From positions 1 to 64,000 of the forward strand of contig JALJEE010002570.1 of the NCBI GenBank assembly GCA_023231475.1: DNA of 64,000 nucleotides, read 5' to 3'. Position numbers and translations under genes: made by a program. This document shows positions 1 to 14,571 of the stretch, in pieces; positions within the stretch are counted from its first letter, which is position 1; each line of letters begins with the position of its first letter. The stretch is from Seison nebaliae. Lineage: Eukaryota. Under the pieces are notes generated by a model that was not told the origin of the DNA, ran no database searches, and worked only from the letters and a program-made list of their open reading frames with translations.

Positions 1-1357
1 ATCGAGCGAATGGTACTCAACAGATACAGGACGAGTTTTTATTCCTCTCCTCATCAATTCGCCTACAGAACTGCTGATCGAGGCGTTCATCCGATTCTTA
101 TCATATTCCACTCATTATTCATCGAAGCTCGAGCACAACACGCACAATTACACGCGTTGTTCCTCGATGCATCGAAAGCTTTCGATTCCATTGACGTAAT
201 TCCGGCTTTCTCTTCCATAGCAGCTCGGAACACACCGGATATGGTTTTGCGTTTTCTTCGTCAATTATGTTTCTCTTCCATCACGTCGATATCACTCGAT
301 CATACTCTAGGAACTCCTTTCCTGGCCAACAATGGCGTCAGACAAGGTTCCATCCTGGGACCTTGGCTTTTCGGCCTCACTCTCGATTGGGTCATTCTCC
401 AATTGAATGAACTTTACAACAACAACATTAACGGCATGCGAATTCCCGTAGCACTCGCATACGCCGACGACATTCTCATATTTGCTACTTCTCCACGACA
501 ACTCATTCGAATTCGCAAAAGAGCACAGATTCTCTTGGCGTAAGTGTCAATTAAGATAAATCCGACGAAAACCGTTGTCTTTCCACAGCTCCCTCCCTCC
601 TGAGAAATATCTCTCTTTCTCCTGCGTCTAATCATACGTTCCTAGGAGTTCTTCTCGATTCCAAAATGATGGCATCAGCTTCACTCCATCACATCCGAAA
701 TAAATTTGTCCGCGCATCATTCTCATTCGCAACACGATCGAAGTATCTTCTACTCTCAATCCGAATTCGTGTTTTCTCTTCACTTGTCCTCCCATTATAT
801 GGACTCGACTCACTAATATTCGTCTCCAACAGCTCATTCCTCAGAATGGACCGAACAACAGTACAACAACATCGTCCGTCGTACTATTGGCTGCTTCCGA
901 AGAATTAATCGGAATCTTATCTTGGCAGTCACTGATATTCCTCCATTTCCTATTCTATATTGTCGACGCATTTTCCGCGTCCTAGACAACTTTTCGTTGT
1001 CGGGGTTCTTCCTCGATATCTCATCTTTCCTTCAACGCTCTATCACGTCGAATCATTCCATCTTCTCTCACACCATTTCGTACTATTCGTTAAACCACTC
1101 ACCCCTATCAACTTATCCTAATTTCGTGAGTTCATCTTCTCGTTCTCATCAGTGTCTAGATTACGTGATGAACCCTGATTTCATACCCTGATCGAAACTA
1201 ATCAGTCAAGCGCTCTGAGGACTCTTCTCGAGAGTGCCGTTTGAATTGTCCCTGTATGGGAATTTACAGACTTTAAAAAAATTTTTTTTTCTTATTTTTT
1301 CCTTTCTTTATCTCTCTTTTTAAATAAATAAATAAATAAATAAAATAAATAAAAAAA
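1..1357 (+). mobile_element. Degenerate non-LTR retrotransposon (LINE) 3' portion: reverse transcriptase domain, C-terminal ORF remnant, 3' UTR and (TAAA)n/A tail
   Basis: ORF 10..543 has RT motifs LFLDASKAFDSI, GVRQGSILGPWLF and LAYADDI. There are in-frame stops at 541 and 601 and a frameshifted HTFLGV (YLG-like) motif near 634. GC is higher than in the flanks, and the element ends in TAAA repeats at 1321-1357. Confidence 0.85.
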
Positions 1358-1532
1358 TTTAAAAGAGTTAATTTAGAAACGAAATTTAAGAAGAAAAATT
1401 TATTATTTGCCGTTTTTTTTTTCTTTCAAAATTGATTGATTAAATTCCACATTTATCATGGTAGGTTTAATGTTTTTATCCAATTTATAGATTAATTGAT
1501 CATAAGATTAATCAATTAATTATTTTAATTGT

Positions 1533-1724
1533 TTGAATTCCTCTCCGAAATCCTCAAATTTGGGTGAGTTCCTCTCCGAGAAACTCTTTTTGAGTGAATT
1601 GCGCTCCGAAAAATATTTTATAAGATGAACAGTCTGGTGAGTTCTGCTCCGATATTTGAGTGAATTCCTCGCCGAAGATGAGAAACAGGGTGAATTCCTC
1701 CATAAGGTGAATACCGCTCCGGGA
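1533..1724. repeat. Array of 7 degenerate ~16-bp motifs, consensus GTGA(A/G)TTCC(T/G)CTCCGA, with unrelated spacers
   Basis: Copies start at about 1533, 1564, 1594, 1637, 1660, 1690 and 1707. Confidence 0.75.
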
Positions 1725-1944
1725 TTCAGAATGTTATCGTCCGATAAAATATAGTTTGAAAAAAGAAAGTTCTGTTTTAATTTTATTTTAATTACAAGTG
1801 AAGAAATTGAGAATTATCAAAATAATAATCGAACGGTTTAAAATGTGAATAGAAATTTTTTTTATTGTTGTTCATAAAAAGTCTAATAAAGTTTTTGAGA
1901 AAGAGAGAATACTGAATTGTAAAAAGATTCAAGAATTTGAGACT

Positions 1945-2244
1945 TTAAGGTTTTCGAAAAAAATCCTTATTCATCACTCGGTTAGGATTCAGAGACGAAT
2001 TAATTTTGTCTTTTGATCCATTCTTATTATTATTATTATTAATTGGTCGATTATTCTTGTTGTTATTACTGTTCTTATTCTGTAGACTATGATGTGAATT
2101 TTGGAAATTATTGTTATTATTATTTTGAATTTGGAGAGTACAAGGTGTATTTTGTTTTAACCGTTTAACATTATTTTTATTTCCATTATTCTTACGATGA
2201 TTACTTATCGCCTCTTTGACATTGGTACGACTATTATTATTATG

Positions 2245-2289
<45 letters not shown>

Positions 2290-5200
2290 GTTAGTGTTAT
2301 TATTATTAATATTATTATTATTAGTTGTTGTTGTTGTAGATGTTGCTAATTTATTCATCATTAATGATAATTGTGCCGATTGCATAAATTCATCAACATT
2401 CTTATTATTCAACAAATTAGCCATTATTTGTAGTAGTTCACCCGATGAATCGATGTTTGATCTGACTTGTTTTTCTGGTTCTTTCACAACAATTTTCGGC
2501 GCATTATAAATAGGTGCTTGATTTCGATTCTTCGGTTTTTGTGCGTTCATCTTCGATGTTTCAAATTTGAGAAGATCTTGAATAGCTGTAAAAAATTCTA
2601 ATCGAACTTTAGCTTGTAAATTCTTCTTTCTATTCTTTGTATTCGTCCTCAGATTCTCTTCATACCAATTTAATAGTGCGCATAAATGATGATGAGCGGT
2701 CATCGATTGGACGTTGAGTTCGATCAAATCAGAATGTTGGAGAAACAGATGAAGGACTAACATAAAAATAATTTTGTTAACTGAAGAGAATAAATGTCTG
2801 ATATCGATCTTAATTTGAGATGGATTATCACTCAATGTAGTTATTGAGGGAGTACTCATTGATGTTGTTGTTGTTGTTATTGTTGTTGTTGTTGTTCTGG
2901 TGATATTTGACGATGATGAAGATTCATTATTTATAAAATTTTTATTAATTGATCGAATAATATCAATGAATAAATCGAACAAATGATTCGAAGAATTTAT
3001 TTTCAATCCTTTGAACGTTTTAAATTCGATTTGTTTCATTATCATTCCACTTTTATTCACTTCCAAAATTTGATTGATTAATTCCCCCACCAATTCCAAC
3101 ATTTGATCTTTCCCTATTAAAATATCCATTTCATTTTCATTCAATGGTCGTTGTTGAGTTGGAGAAAAATTGTCGACTAACAACGAAAATATTCGATATG
3201 TATCCCGAATAGATTCGTCGATTCTTTCCACTCGTTGAACGTGAAGAGCGATTGCTCGTTCGATCGATTGACAATTTTTGATTTCGTGATTAAGAAATTT
3301 TACTCTTAGAAAATTGACTGTTGAAGGATCTTTCGTCAATTTTTTGTCCTTTAATTGAAGTTCAACATAATTCTCTATCGCTTGTGAGATGGTGGAATGA
3401 ATATTGAAATCGGCTGATGAATTGAGAGTTAATAATTCATAAAAATTTTGTAATAAATGTTTAATTTGAATGAGAACTAATTGTTTCCATAACGATTGTT
3501 TCAATTCGATGGGAATAAAAGTGAAGAATAATTCTTTCTTTCTCAACAAACGACTTAAACAAAATATATGTTGTCCATTATCATTCTCATCCAATAATTT
3601 GACGCCTAATAAAATTAATTTCAAAAATTTCATTGAAACATCACCTGATCGTTGAGTGTCTGATGTTACCGTATAATGACTGGGTGTCAAATGGAAATTT
3701 TGGAATGGCGTTACAGTCGATTTATGTCGATGTTTCTGTAAATCGCTACTCATTAATTGAATGGAATATAAAGGAGGATTCCCACACACATATGGCAACA
3801 TTTTCCATGATTGGACAGTATAAGAAATGAGAGAATTATGGAATTGAAATTTCGTCAAATTGATGTTCTGATTAATAAGTTTCGATTGGATTTTATTCAA
3901 AGTCAAACTCATTTGAAGATAATTGAGAATGATTCGATTAATGAAAACTAACGACATTTCAGAATCATTCAATTCCTCATTCTCATCATTCGTCCGATTA
4001 TTATTCTTATTCATTCCACTTGTCAATTGATTAATTGATGTACATGATGATGATGAAGAGATATGGGAATTCGATGAAGAATTATTCATATTTACAATTT
4101 TCACTCCGAAAATGAGATGATAAGCGAGATAGAAACAAAACATGGAAATTTGTTGAAAAGATTTAAATCGAAATTGTTTCTTGAATTTATTGACGATGGA
4201 TTTATTCCTTATTAATTGATATGTTGAATTGTTGATGCCAGATTTATCAAAAAAAGTATCAAAAATATTCATATTCGTTTTGATCAATTGATAAAATCGT
4301 TTCAATTTAATGGATGAAAGTGAATAATAGAAATTACCCAGAAATTTTATAGAAGATAAATGACATTTGGGTATGACCGTTGCCAATAACTGAATATTCG
4401 TTAGAGAATTCAATTGAACTAACATAATCAAATAGAATAATCTCAATAATTTCTCACCGTCACAATCGAGTTGATTTGTGAGAAGCGTCATAATAAATTC
4501 GATGATGATACATTGTGTTTCGATGCAGATATTGAACCATGGAAATGTGAATGATAATCGATTATCAAATAAATCTCTATATCTTTCATGTGAATATAAC
4601 TTGTCATAAATCACCATGGTAACGATATCAGAAGTTTGCATTTGTTCGTCGACTTTCTTCTTCGTCGATGGAGTTGATTGTTGATCGAATTCTTCATCTG
4701 AATCGAGAATAATACATTCTGGTGATGATGGTGCTGAAGATTTGTTCATTTTATTTGGAAGAATAACTGGAACTTTTCTTTCTTCCTCAAAATCCACATT
4801 ATACGAGATTGATCGAATGGTAGATAATAAGTATTTGTAGAAATCTTTTGAACGAATTTCATTTTTAAATAAACTGATAATGTCATTCAATTGATCGATG
4901 CATTGATCGATAATTTGATCGTTTAATTTGATCGTTTCTTTTTTTTCTTCTTTTTTCTTTTCATTCAATTTCAATTCATCAAATAATTTCAAAAGAATCA
5001 GAAAGAAATGATCGGAAATCTTATAAAAACTGACGTTGAATCGAAAGAATAATTCGATCATTTCATTGAAACCTTCACAACTTCGATTAATATCAGATAA
5101 TCGTTGAATTTGAGGTACCCATTTGTTGATATTATTGAAATGATTCTGATCTCTCGTCGTTTCGAGAGTGATGAAATTTGTAGGAAATTTTATTTTATTA

Positions 5201-8200
5201 ATATGTTCCATTGAAATTGTATAGACTTTCATAAACTTATAAACATTAAATGGAAGGAATTCATTCGATTCGTTATGGATGAAGGATTTGGGAAGTCTCT
5301 TCATTTCTATCTTCTCCAACGTCTTCCCATACATGAGATTGAGGAGCCAATCTTCCGTTTTATCGGTGAAACGAATGGCATTTTGAAAAGAATAAGAAGA
5401 AATTTCGAGAATTTTTGAAATATTCAATTTCTTCTCATTTATATCGTCAGTAAATGAGTTTAATATATCGGAAATGAAGGGTGATTGATCTGATTGAATT
5501 TCTGGTTGTCGTTGTATCATCTCATAATAGATCATCTGTTTCAAATATGTGTCAGGAGATGTTGGAGCGAATAGACATATTGATGATTTGACAAAATTTA
5601 ATGACGATGTTATTTGTTTATTTGAATCCGTCATTAATAGTCCACGACGGATATAAGCGGCTGTTTGATAACCTAATGAACCAAGTTCGTACCAGAGTGC
5701 CGGATATGACATGTCGAAAGTGAAAACTTGATGATAAGAATTAGCGATAGCGAAATAATTCAATTGGATTTGTTTAAGTGAATGAAAGAAGATTTTGTAA
5801 CTGAATCGACTTTTGAAGAGAGAAGCGATTGAAGAGTTTTGTTGATATAACATAATATTTTTGATGGAGGAATTAAATATTTGTTTCCAATCATTTAAAT
5901 TTGTCGATTTCAAACATTTATTGATACAAGCGACCACATTCAAATTAATAAGGAATTCGATTAAATGAATAATTTGTTCAGGTTTTTTTATCGATAAAAT
6001 TTTTTGATAATTTCCATAATTTTCCGTATCGTTAAATAATAATGGCTTCAATGAACAATATGCTGGTTGTTCGCCGATATAAAACATCTGTTTATCCGTT
6101 TGAAATAATGGATCTACATCATAATAATAAACGAATGATGTTAATAAATTTTCATGCAATTCCGTTAACGATAATGAAATGATCGCCCAACAATTCATGA
6201 TGAGCCAAGAATCATTGAAAACTTTCTTATTTGTTAATGTGGTGGATTTATGAGTGAGAGATTGATTGAGTGTGAGAGAGATGAATGAATAGAGAATACT
6301 TTCCATATATCGTTGAGATCTTAAACACGTTTCCGACAAAGCATAAGGTAATTGATATAATGTGATAAAATGAGAATATTCATAAGAAAGTGAATCGAGG
6401 AAATTATTTGAAAATGATTTCTTTCCATCCAACAAACACCTTGTTCGTTCTTTCAAATAATCGATAGAGAAGAAATGTTTCCTCAACATTCCACCATTAT
6501 CATCATTCTCTTTCATTTGTAATATTTGAAAATTGTTTGAGAATAAACAATTACGCAAATTGTCTAATGTGACTTGGATGTAATCGGTGAAAATGGTTGG
6601 AGGAATATGAGTAAATTGTTGTTGAGATTTTGATGATAATTGGAAATATGAACAATTCATTTGTTCATCAATTAAAATGATCCATGTTAACAGATTTTTG
6701 AAAGTAGCTTCAACTTCATATCGATTAGCAATTCGCCATTGAGATTGATTGAATTCCATATATTGATTATAAGAATGTGACGTATGATCAAAATCGTTAA
6801 TATAAAGAAGTGAATGATATTCATAAATGGAAACGAGCATTCTTTTCAAATCTACCAACGATTGAAATGTACCACCATCAATCAAATTGTCGACGGATGT
6901 ACGTTCAATATAATCGTTAATATGTTGCTTAGCAACCTGATTGAATGGAAGATGATAATGCATCAGAAATTTACTATTCATCGAACAATCGATGGCGAGT
7001 GAATATAAATTGAATCGTTGACATCTTTGTCGTGTTATTCCTTCTGACACTTTCCCCCAATATTCTCCTATATTCGATTTACAATCGGATGATATCTTTA
7101 TCATAAAATCATCATTTATTATCGATTCATTCATCTTCTCTAACTCATCATTTGTCGTTCTGGAAACATTTGGTGATGGATATTCACGAAGTATCGGCGA
7201 CGAATTCTGATAACCATAAAACGACGAAAATTTTTTGATATTTTGATTTTTATCTACATTACCATTATTTATCATATTTATATTATCATCAGTAGTTGAT
7301 GTTGATGTTGATGGTAAGATACATGATTGTGATGAAGTTCCAGATAATTGCACAAGAATTTCCGTACGTTTCGTTGAGTCGATATCTAATCGAGATAATG
7401 TCGATTGTAAAATGGAGAGACCTGGTGTGGTCAAAGACCGACAATGTTTCATGATTAATTGAGAAGAGAATGAATGATTGAGAAGATGGAGAGATGCCAC
7501 TTCGAATAATGTGCAGAGACAAATAAGAAAATCGATATGATCATTTCTCAATTCTGTAAATTTCATATCTTCAATAAATTCCTCAATATTCCATTTCCAT
7601 ATTTTCTCTCTTGAATCTTCTTTTTCGTTCTTCTTCTTTTTCTTATTCATCGTCATCATCTTCTTCTTCGTTAATTCTAATTGACAATATTTCAATAAAG
7701 TAAATAATTTTCCACTATGTAATTGGAGTTGTATTAAACTAAAGAAGAAACAATGTTTACAGAAGATATAACAGAATTGAACGAAATCGATGGAATATGC
7801 AGTTCCCGGCTCATTCAAATGAATAAGAAATTCATTTTGTAATGAATTCAAAAAGATGACACCATTCGCTGATGGTAAAATGAATGAAATTATATGATCG
7901 AAAACATCAAATTGATAATCGAAATTTCTTTTGGCGATTGTCATCTCATTAATTCTCCAGAAATCGAAGACATCCGTCCTCTCGAAGAATTCTAATAAAT
8001 TCAATCTGGTATCTCTTCCATCATCTTCCAGATTACTGGTTTTTAGATAACGACTAAAATAAAGTAACCATCCGAATTGAACATAAAAATCACTCATGGA
8101 ATTCGATTCGAAATAATGTTCCGACTTCTTATTGAGGAGATGTAGGAGAAGTTTCCTCATTTCCCATATCAATTCACCAAACGATTGTGAAATGTCAATT

Positions 8201-11200
8201 GTCGTCGATTGATTTGTGAGGAAGATTTGTTGAATGAATCGAATAGTGATCGGAAGAATATTTAATAGAAATAAAAATAATTTTTGAGAGATACTTCTCA
8301 GAGATACATTTCTCTTCTCATTAATTCGTCGACTAGACAATTTATTCAAATATAAATGACATTGCCAAATGAGATGATAAACAGTCTTCAATAATTTCAA
8401 TAATTCTCTCAATCGACATTCAATCAATAAATGCATTATATGATTCTCGAGAATATTCAAAATACAATCGATCGGTTCTCCAATCGAATAAAGTTTATCG
8501 TTTAAAACGGTTCGATTCATCGAAAATAATAATTTGAAATATAAATGAAGTTCATTCGATACGAATTTTTCCGATTGTTCCAAATACAATTTATGGAAAC
8601 TTTTCATTATATTCTTCATCTTTTTCTTCGGAATCACATTGTTCGATGTCGATACTTCTGTTTGTGATGGTATCATTTTTTGATTAGTTGAACAGTTTGT
8701 CAAAAGAACCGTTTTCCCTTTCGTCGATTTAATGAGGAGTGACGGTTCTGGTAGTTTATCACTCGAATTTAATGATTGATTTAATGACGTATCAATTCTC
8801 ATCAATTGAATACGATGTCGATTTTTTGTGGAATAAAATGAATTTAATTTTGAATTTAATTGTGACGAATCATTTCCTTCATTCGTTTCGATTTCATTAT
8901 TCATATTCAATTCTTCCACCATATCATTCAACACACTTAAATATTTGTTAAAAGAATAGAATGAATGAGGAAATGAATTTCCGTTTGGTTCGTAAGTGAT
9001 TTGTTGTAAGAATTCGGTAATTATCTCATGAATTGTGAGAAGAGAAAATTGTGTAGAAGAAGAAGATCTTCTTATTAAACTCTTCAATTGAAGTCGTTTC
9101 GATGTTCTTCTTCTTAGGAAGAGTAATTGCTCTTCGATTATCTCAAGATCCAAATAAAGATTCTTCAAGAGATATTGTCGTAAACCGGAGAAAGATGGAA
9201 CGAAAATTTGATATATAATAATTTTATCATCTTCTCCTTTCTCCTTTTCAAGACAAAGAAATAAATATTTTAATGATTGAAGATGATTGAATAATTGTTT
9301 GTCTGTTTGGAGATATCGTCGAAATTGAATTCGATCAATCTCTCTCAAACTATTCGAATGAATGAAATGATTCAATCGAAGAAATATCCAATGATATCGA
9401 ATCATCAACTCCAAATTGACAACTCCATCACTTAATCGACTGATGGAAAATAATTTATTTCGTTGAATTCGACAGAAACTTGTCAGAATTGATTTGGTTA
9501 GTGATATCGTGTCATTCTCATTAATCGCTTTACATTCCTCATTCAAATCATTCCAATAATAAATGATGATTTCAAGAAAGATGATAGATAGACAGAAATA
9601 TTTCGAATTATTCTTCATTAAATAATTTTCGATTTCTTTCGTTAAACGTTCGTATTTCATGAAACATTCAAAAAAGAGAATAATCAATTGTTTCGGAAAT
9701 GATATCCAATTCATTTTGAATAATAATCTGATAATAAAATCGAAAAACTCTTCAACGATTTCATTCACATTTAATTTTAAATTAAATTCTTTTATCCCAT
9801 TTCCAAATTCATTTGACAATTCATTCAAAACCGTCTTATCATTTTCATTCAATTTCAATCGACGATCTTCCACAAATCTCAAATATCTACTCGATTGTTG
9901 TTCTTGGAATAATTGATGATTAGTTCTTGTTGAATTCCGTCGAATATTTTCAATATTTTCTGATGATTCTTTATGAGATGAATCCAATTTGTGATGTTGA
10001 TAGAGTTGTTGAATGAAAATATTGAAAATTAATTCATTATCTTCACCAATCGTCATTTCCATTTCTCGAAGACATCGAACAAATTTCTGATTAATTGTTC
10101 GATAATCGATTTTCTTTTCATTTTGTATCATATTAATTTCCATATTTAAACTTTCACTTTTAAACTTATTCCAATCCATTTCAATTCGTCCCTCATCATT
10201 TTTCTTATTTGTCTGAAGACTCAATTTCTTCATAGGCATATCATGTCCATTCGGATGAGGACGTTTACGATCGATTTTCGTTTCAACTGTTTTCGGTTTT
10301 AACAATCTAACAGATAATCGGCGACTTGACATAGTCGGATCGATCGGTTTCCATGGCAACTTATTCTTTAACTTCAAATATTTATAACTCTTTGGTGTGG
10401 ACGATTGAATTTGTTTGAGATTTTGTTTGACAAGACTGAAATTTATTTGTTTATTTGATCGATTCTTCAAATTATTCACATTCATCATCATCGTCCGATA
10501 AAGATGATCATATGTGGCATAATCGATGGGCAATAAACATTTCCCATTCATTTGCGATGTGACTATTCGTTGAATCGTTTCAAATATTTCACTTAAATTA
10601 TCAAGATTCAATTTCCATCGATATGATAAGAATTTAGTTAGGATACTTTTAAATTCATCACATAAATCAAATTGACGGAAAGTTGATGATAATTTGAGCA
10701 TATTCAACGACTTCTCCACATGTTCTACCAATTCTTCATCTTTTATTGTTCGATCGATCATAATATCAGTATTCTTTAAAATGCTTCTCCTCCTCAAACT
10801 CTCAATTCTTTCATTACTTTCATTTTTCTTCATTATTAAATTTTCGTTGAAATTATCATTTATCCAATTTGAATTATTCGATTTCATTTGAGTAGATAAT
10901 ATATTAATTCTTTTCACTTCAATCGAATCTCTCAATTTATCATTAGAATAAATAAATTTCGGGAGACTCATATCAATATGTGAATATCGTATTTGATCAG
11001 TTGATGTTGTTGTTGTTATTGATTTATTAGTAGAAGGGAAATTAAGTTGATTGTTATCCAATTTATCGATAAAATTATTAAAATTTAAATTATCTTCATT
11101 AAAAATCTTTTCTTTCACAACGTTCGTCACGACAATTTTATCAACTGGATATTTATAAGTTGATGATATTAATTCCTTCTCATTCCAAATGAAATCGAAT

Positions 11201-14200
11201 TGATTTTGTCCATTGATCGATTTTAATCCAGAACATTCAAATATTTCACATGTCTCTTTCGACACATATTCTTGGGGAATGAATGAAATTCGAGAATCGG
11301 AACGATCATTAGTCAATTGAAGAATTCCATAAAATAAATTTTTTGATTTCAATAATTTTATTCGTTTGAATAAAGAAGATTTGGTAGAAGTGAATGGAAT
11401 GAAAGAGGAAATATTCTTCAATTTCGAAAATTTTAAATTCGATTTATAATTGAAAGAATTATTGATCGTTCGATTTCCCAATTCCTGTTTCTCTTTCACT
11501 GAACATCCATCACTCTTATCATACGATCGACTTATTGTTCCATTGACATTTTTGTACGATTGAATGAATTGATCGAAATCGATAATGTTCTCAAATTGAT
11601 CCATGATGAATAAATTGGATGGGAAATTTCCCCTTTTCCAATAATCGTAAATAATTCTCATAAGAAATGGATTGATTTGTGGAAGGAGTAAAATCTGATT
11701 TTCAATGAAATGAAATGTCGTTATTTCATTCTTCAAGAAGTTGCCTTCCATTTTAAGAATAAATCGACGATTCGCTTCCGAATACCAGATTGATGGTTTG
11801 AGTAAAATTTGATTATTTTTAATAATTTTCAAAAAATAATAATTTCCAATGAAATCATAAAAGATTAATGAATTCATTCGATTCGAACTAATTATATTTA
11901 ATACTTCTACTTGAAAGTTATCTAATACTATCAATTCGTCATCATCTTCGTCACTAATACTCTCAAACTTCCCATTTGATTCATTCTCTTCTTTCTCATA
12001 ATTCAAATCGATATTATCCTCAATATCATTTTCTTCTTCTTTCAAATGATTTTCTATCCATAAATTGTCTATCGTTCGAATTTGAATTAATTTATTGAAT
12101 TTCACTCCTTTTTCCTTTCCATTTAATTCATTTTTCAAACATATTTTATTTATTCCACCATTCATAGAGGAATTGAGTGAACTCTTTCCACTCTCACCAA
12201 ACGACACTTTCGCTGATGATTTTTTTGTATTTAACGATGTGAATAATCCATGTAATTCATTCATCATAAATTCAATCGATAATTTCTTCCTTCGTGACAA
12301 ATCATTAAAATATTTTTTGAACTGATCAAATTCGTGTTGATAGAATTTAATTTGAATATTATTAAAATTTCTTATTCGCTTTGGTATCAGATAATTGTTA
12401 TTGATGAAATCATAAAAATTTTTAAAATTCACATTTTCATTATTATGGTTATTTTGTTGTAGAATAAAATTGAAATTTCCATGATAATTTCTATTTTCTT
12501 CTAGAATGATGCCCAGTATGGCGGATGAGATAGAAGAGAGATAATTGAAATCTTCCACAGAATACAAATGGAGAATGAATGACAAATTAAGAGCATTAGA
12601 ATTCATTTGAGTGAAATCCATTTCCATTCGATCGGATTTGGAGAGGAGCATTTTCTTCTTATAAAATAATCGTCTCAAATGATCATAATCTTTTGACAAT
12701 TTCCAATCGTATTGAATGAACATTAATTCATTAAGAATATTCTCATGAGATCTCATCAAAAGTCTCTTCCACTTAATCAGATCCAAAGTCTTTATCGGAA
12801 CGATGGAATCGAATTGGAATAATTGTAAAATTATTTTGTTACATTGACAAACATTGACGATATTAATTTGATTGACGTCCAATTCATTTTCGATGTGTTG
12901 ATGGAAATAATAATTGGCAAGTTCTTCCAATTCCTCATTTCGATTCTTCTTCATATGTAACAAAGAGAATTGTGGTAGGATATCGGAGATTTGTTGAGAA
13001 TCAGAAATGAAATCATGAAAAATTGATAAATGATTCGATGACGACACTTCTCGTCGAATGATGTCATAGAATCGTTTCCATTCAATCGCTTGAATTAATT
13101 GATTGGATTCATAAAGATAAGAGATACAAGTCATATAAGTTAATAATGTTTCAATTCTCTTCTTTAAACGTCGACGATTCTTTTCTTTCGAATTGATGAA
13201 GAGAGATGATAATCTCAAAAGAATCGTCCAAAAGAAGATGTTAATTTCAATAAATTGATTAACAGATTGAATTTTCGAATGTAATTGTAATGACATCATC
13301 ATTTGACAAGAACTGAAGAAGATCTCGTAGAATTGTGAGGAATTCTTCATTGTAAATTGTTTGAGTCGATGAAGAACGTCCAAAAATTTGTTGTTGGAAT
13401 TATTGAGACGATTCCAATTCGATTTCATGAAGATGCGAATAAAATAAAATTTGAAAAGGAAAGTTAAATTATAAATGAAATAGATGGAGGAATGTCTCAT
13501 TTGATGAGCGAGGATGGATAGCTGATTGAGTGATAGAATTAATTGCCAACTCTCGTCGCTCGACATCGAATGAAGAGGAAAGTAGAGACGTTTGAAAATG
13601 AAGGAAAATAATAAACAACAATATGAGATATCTGATCGATCATCTTTCAAACGATCAGCGAATACATCAAGAATTCGACTAAATAAAATGATGAAACGTT
13701 TCTGAACATTCTCACTAAAATTCAAATTAGGAGATCGTCGTCGTTCTACATTCGATCTGATTATTTCACTCCAATCAATTTCTTTAACAAATTTATTTCC
13801 ATTAATAATAGCAGAAAGATTGATGAGATATGAAGTTATCTTATTTCTCTTCTTCCTCCTCAATAAACGACGACGCTTCTTATCTGATGGAATTGATTGT
13901 TCATTCATTTCTTTTCCTTCTTTGATTTCAATAATCGATATACAATCATCATCTTCATCATCATCATCACAATCATTCAAATCTGATATGACTTCATCAT
14001 CATCATCTTCAATATCATCACTCTCATCCATAACCACATCGTCGTCATTCATATAATAATAATCATCATCTTCATTAATTTGATTTGTTGATTTTGAAGA
14101 ATTATTTGAAATAAAAAGATTCTTATTCAAATAATTCACAATCGTTTCACTTCGATCATTATTTAAATGATGTGGATTCAACGAAAATAAATTCAAATGT

Positions 14201-14571
14201 TTTTCAATAAAAACATATTTCTCTTTATTCTCCTTCTTATTTAATTGTTCATTAAAAATTAATTCGATGATATCCGATGAAATTATAAAACGGAATTCAT
14301 GAACAACTGGTAACCGGAAAAATTTTTGGAAACTCACTAAAATATTCTCGTTCTTCTCTTGAGTTTGTATCACTTTCAATAAATGCTCCAATTGATCAAT
14401 CTGCTGCTCATCATTACAAATCACTTCGTTCTCTCCAAATATTTCATTCCAATCGATGAAATTGTCACTCATCCGATTATGAGTAAGTGGCAATTGGAAA
14501 TCGTCCTCCGATGACGATGTCAATGAAATAAATGATATTTGATCATCATCTCTTTTTTCGAAAGGTTCCAT
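1945..14571 (-). CDS. CABIN1: Giant single-exon protein (4208 aa), probable calcineurin-binding protein CABIN1 (HIRA complex) with long low-complexity insertions
   Basis: Uninterrupted 12.6-kb ORF. Segments LWYELGSLGYQTAAYIRR, EDWLLNLMYGKTLEK and IELFFRFNVSFYK resemble recalled CABIN1 motifs (LWIEYGTMSYALHSFASR, EEWLIHYMLGKVAEK, LEVYFRLHASILK) in the same order. Poly-Asn C-terminus. Confidence 0.6.

Noticed and set aside
1216..1250. Hammerhead ribozyme (CTGAGGA core) in the LINE 3' UTR
   Set aside because: No GAAA follows the putative stem II.
1533..1724. CRISPR array
   Set aside because: Repeats are only ~16 bp and degenerate, spacers are short and irregular, there are no cas genes, and the context is eukaryotic.
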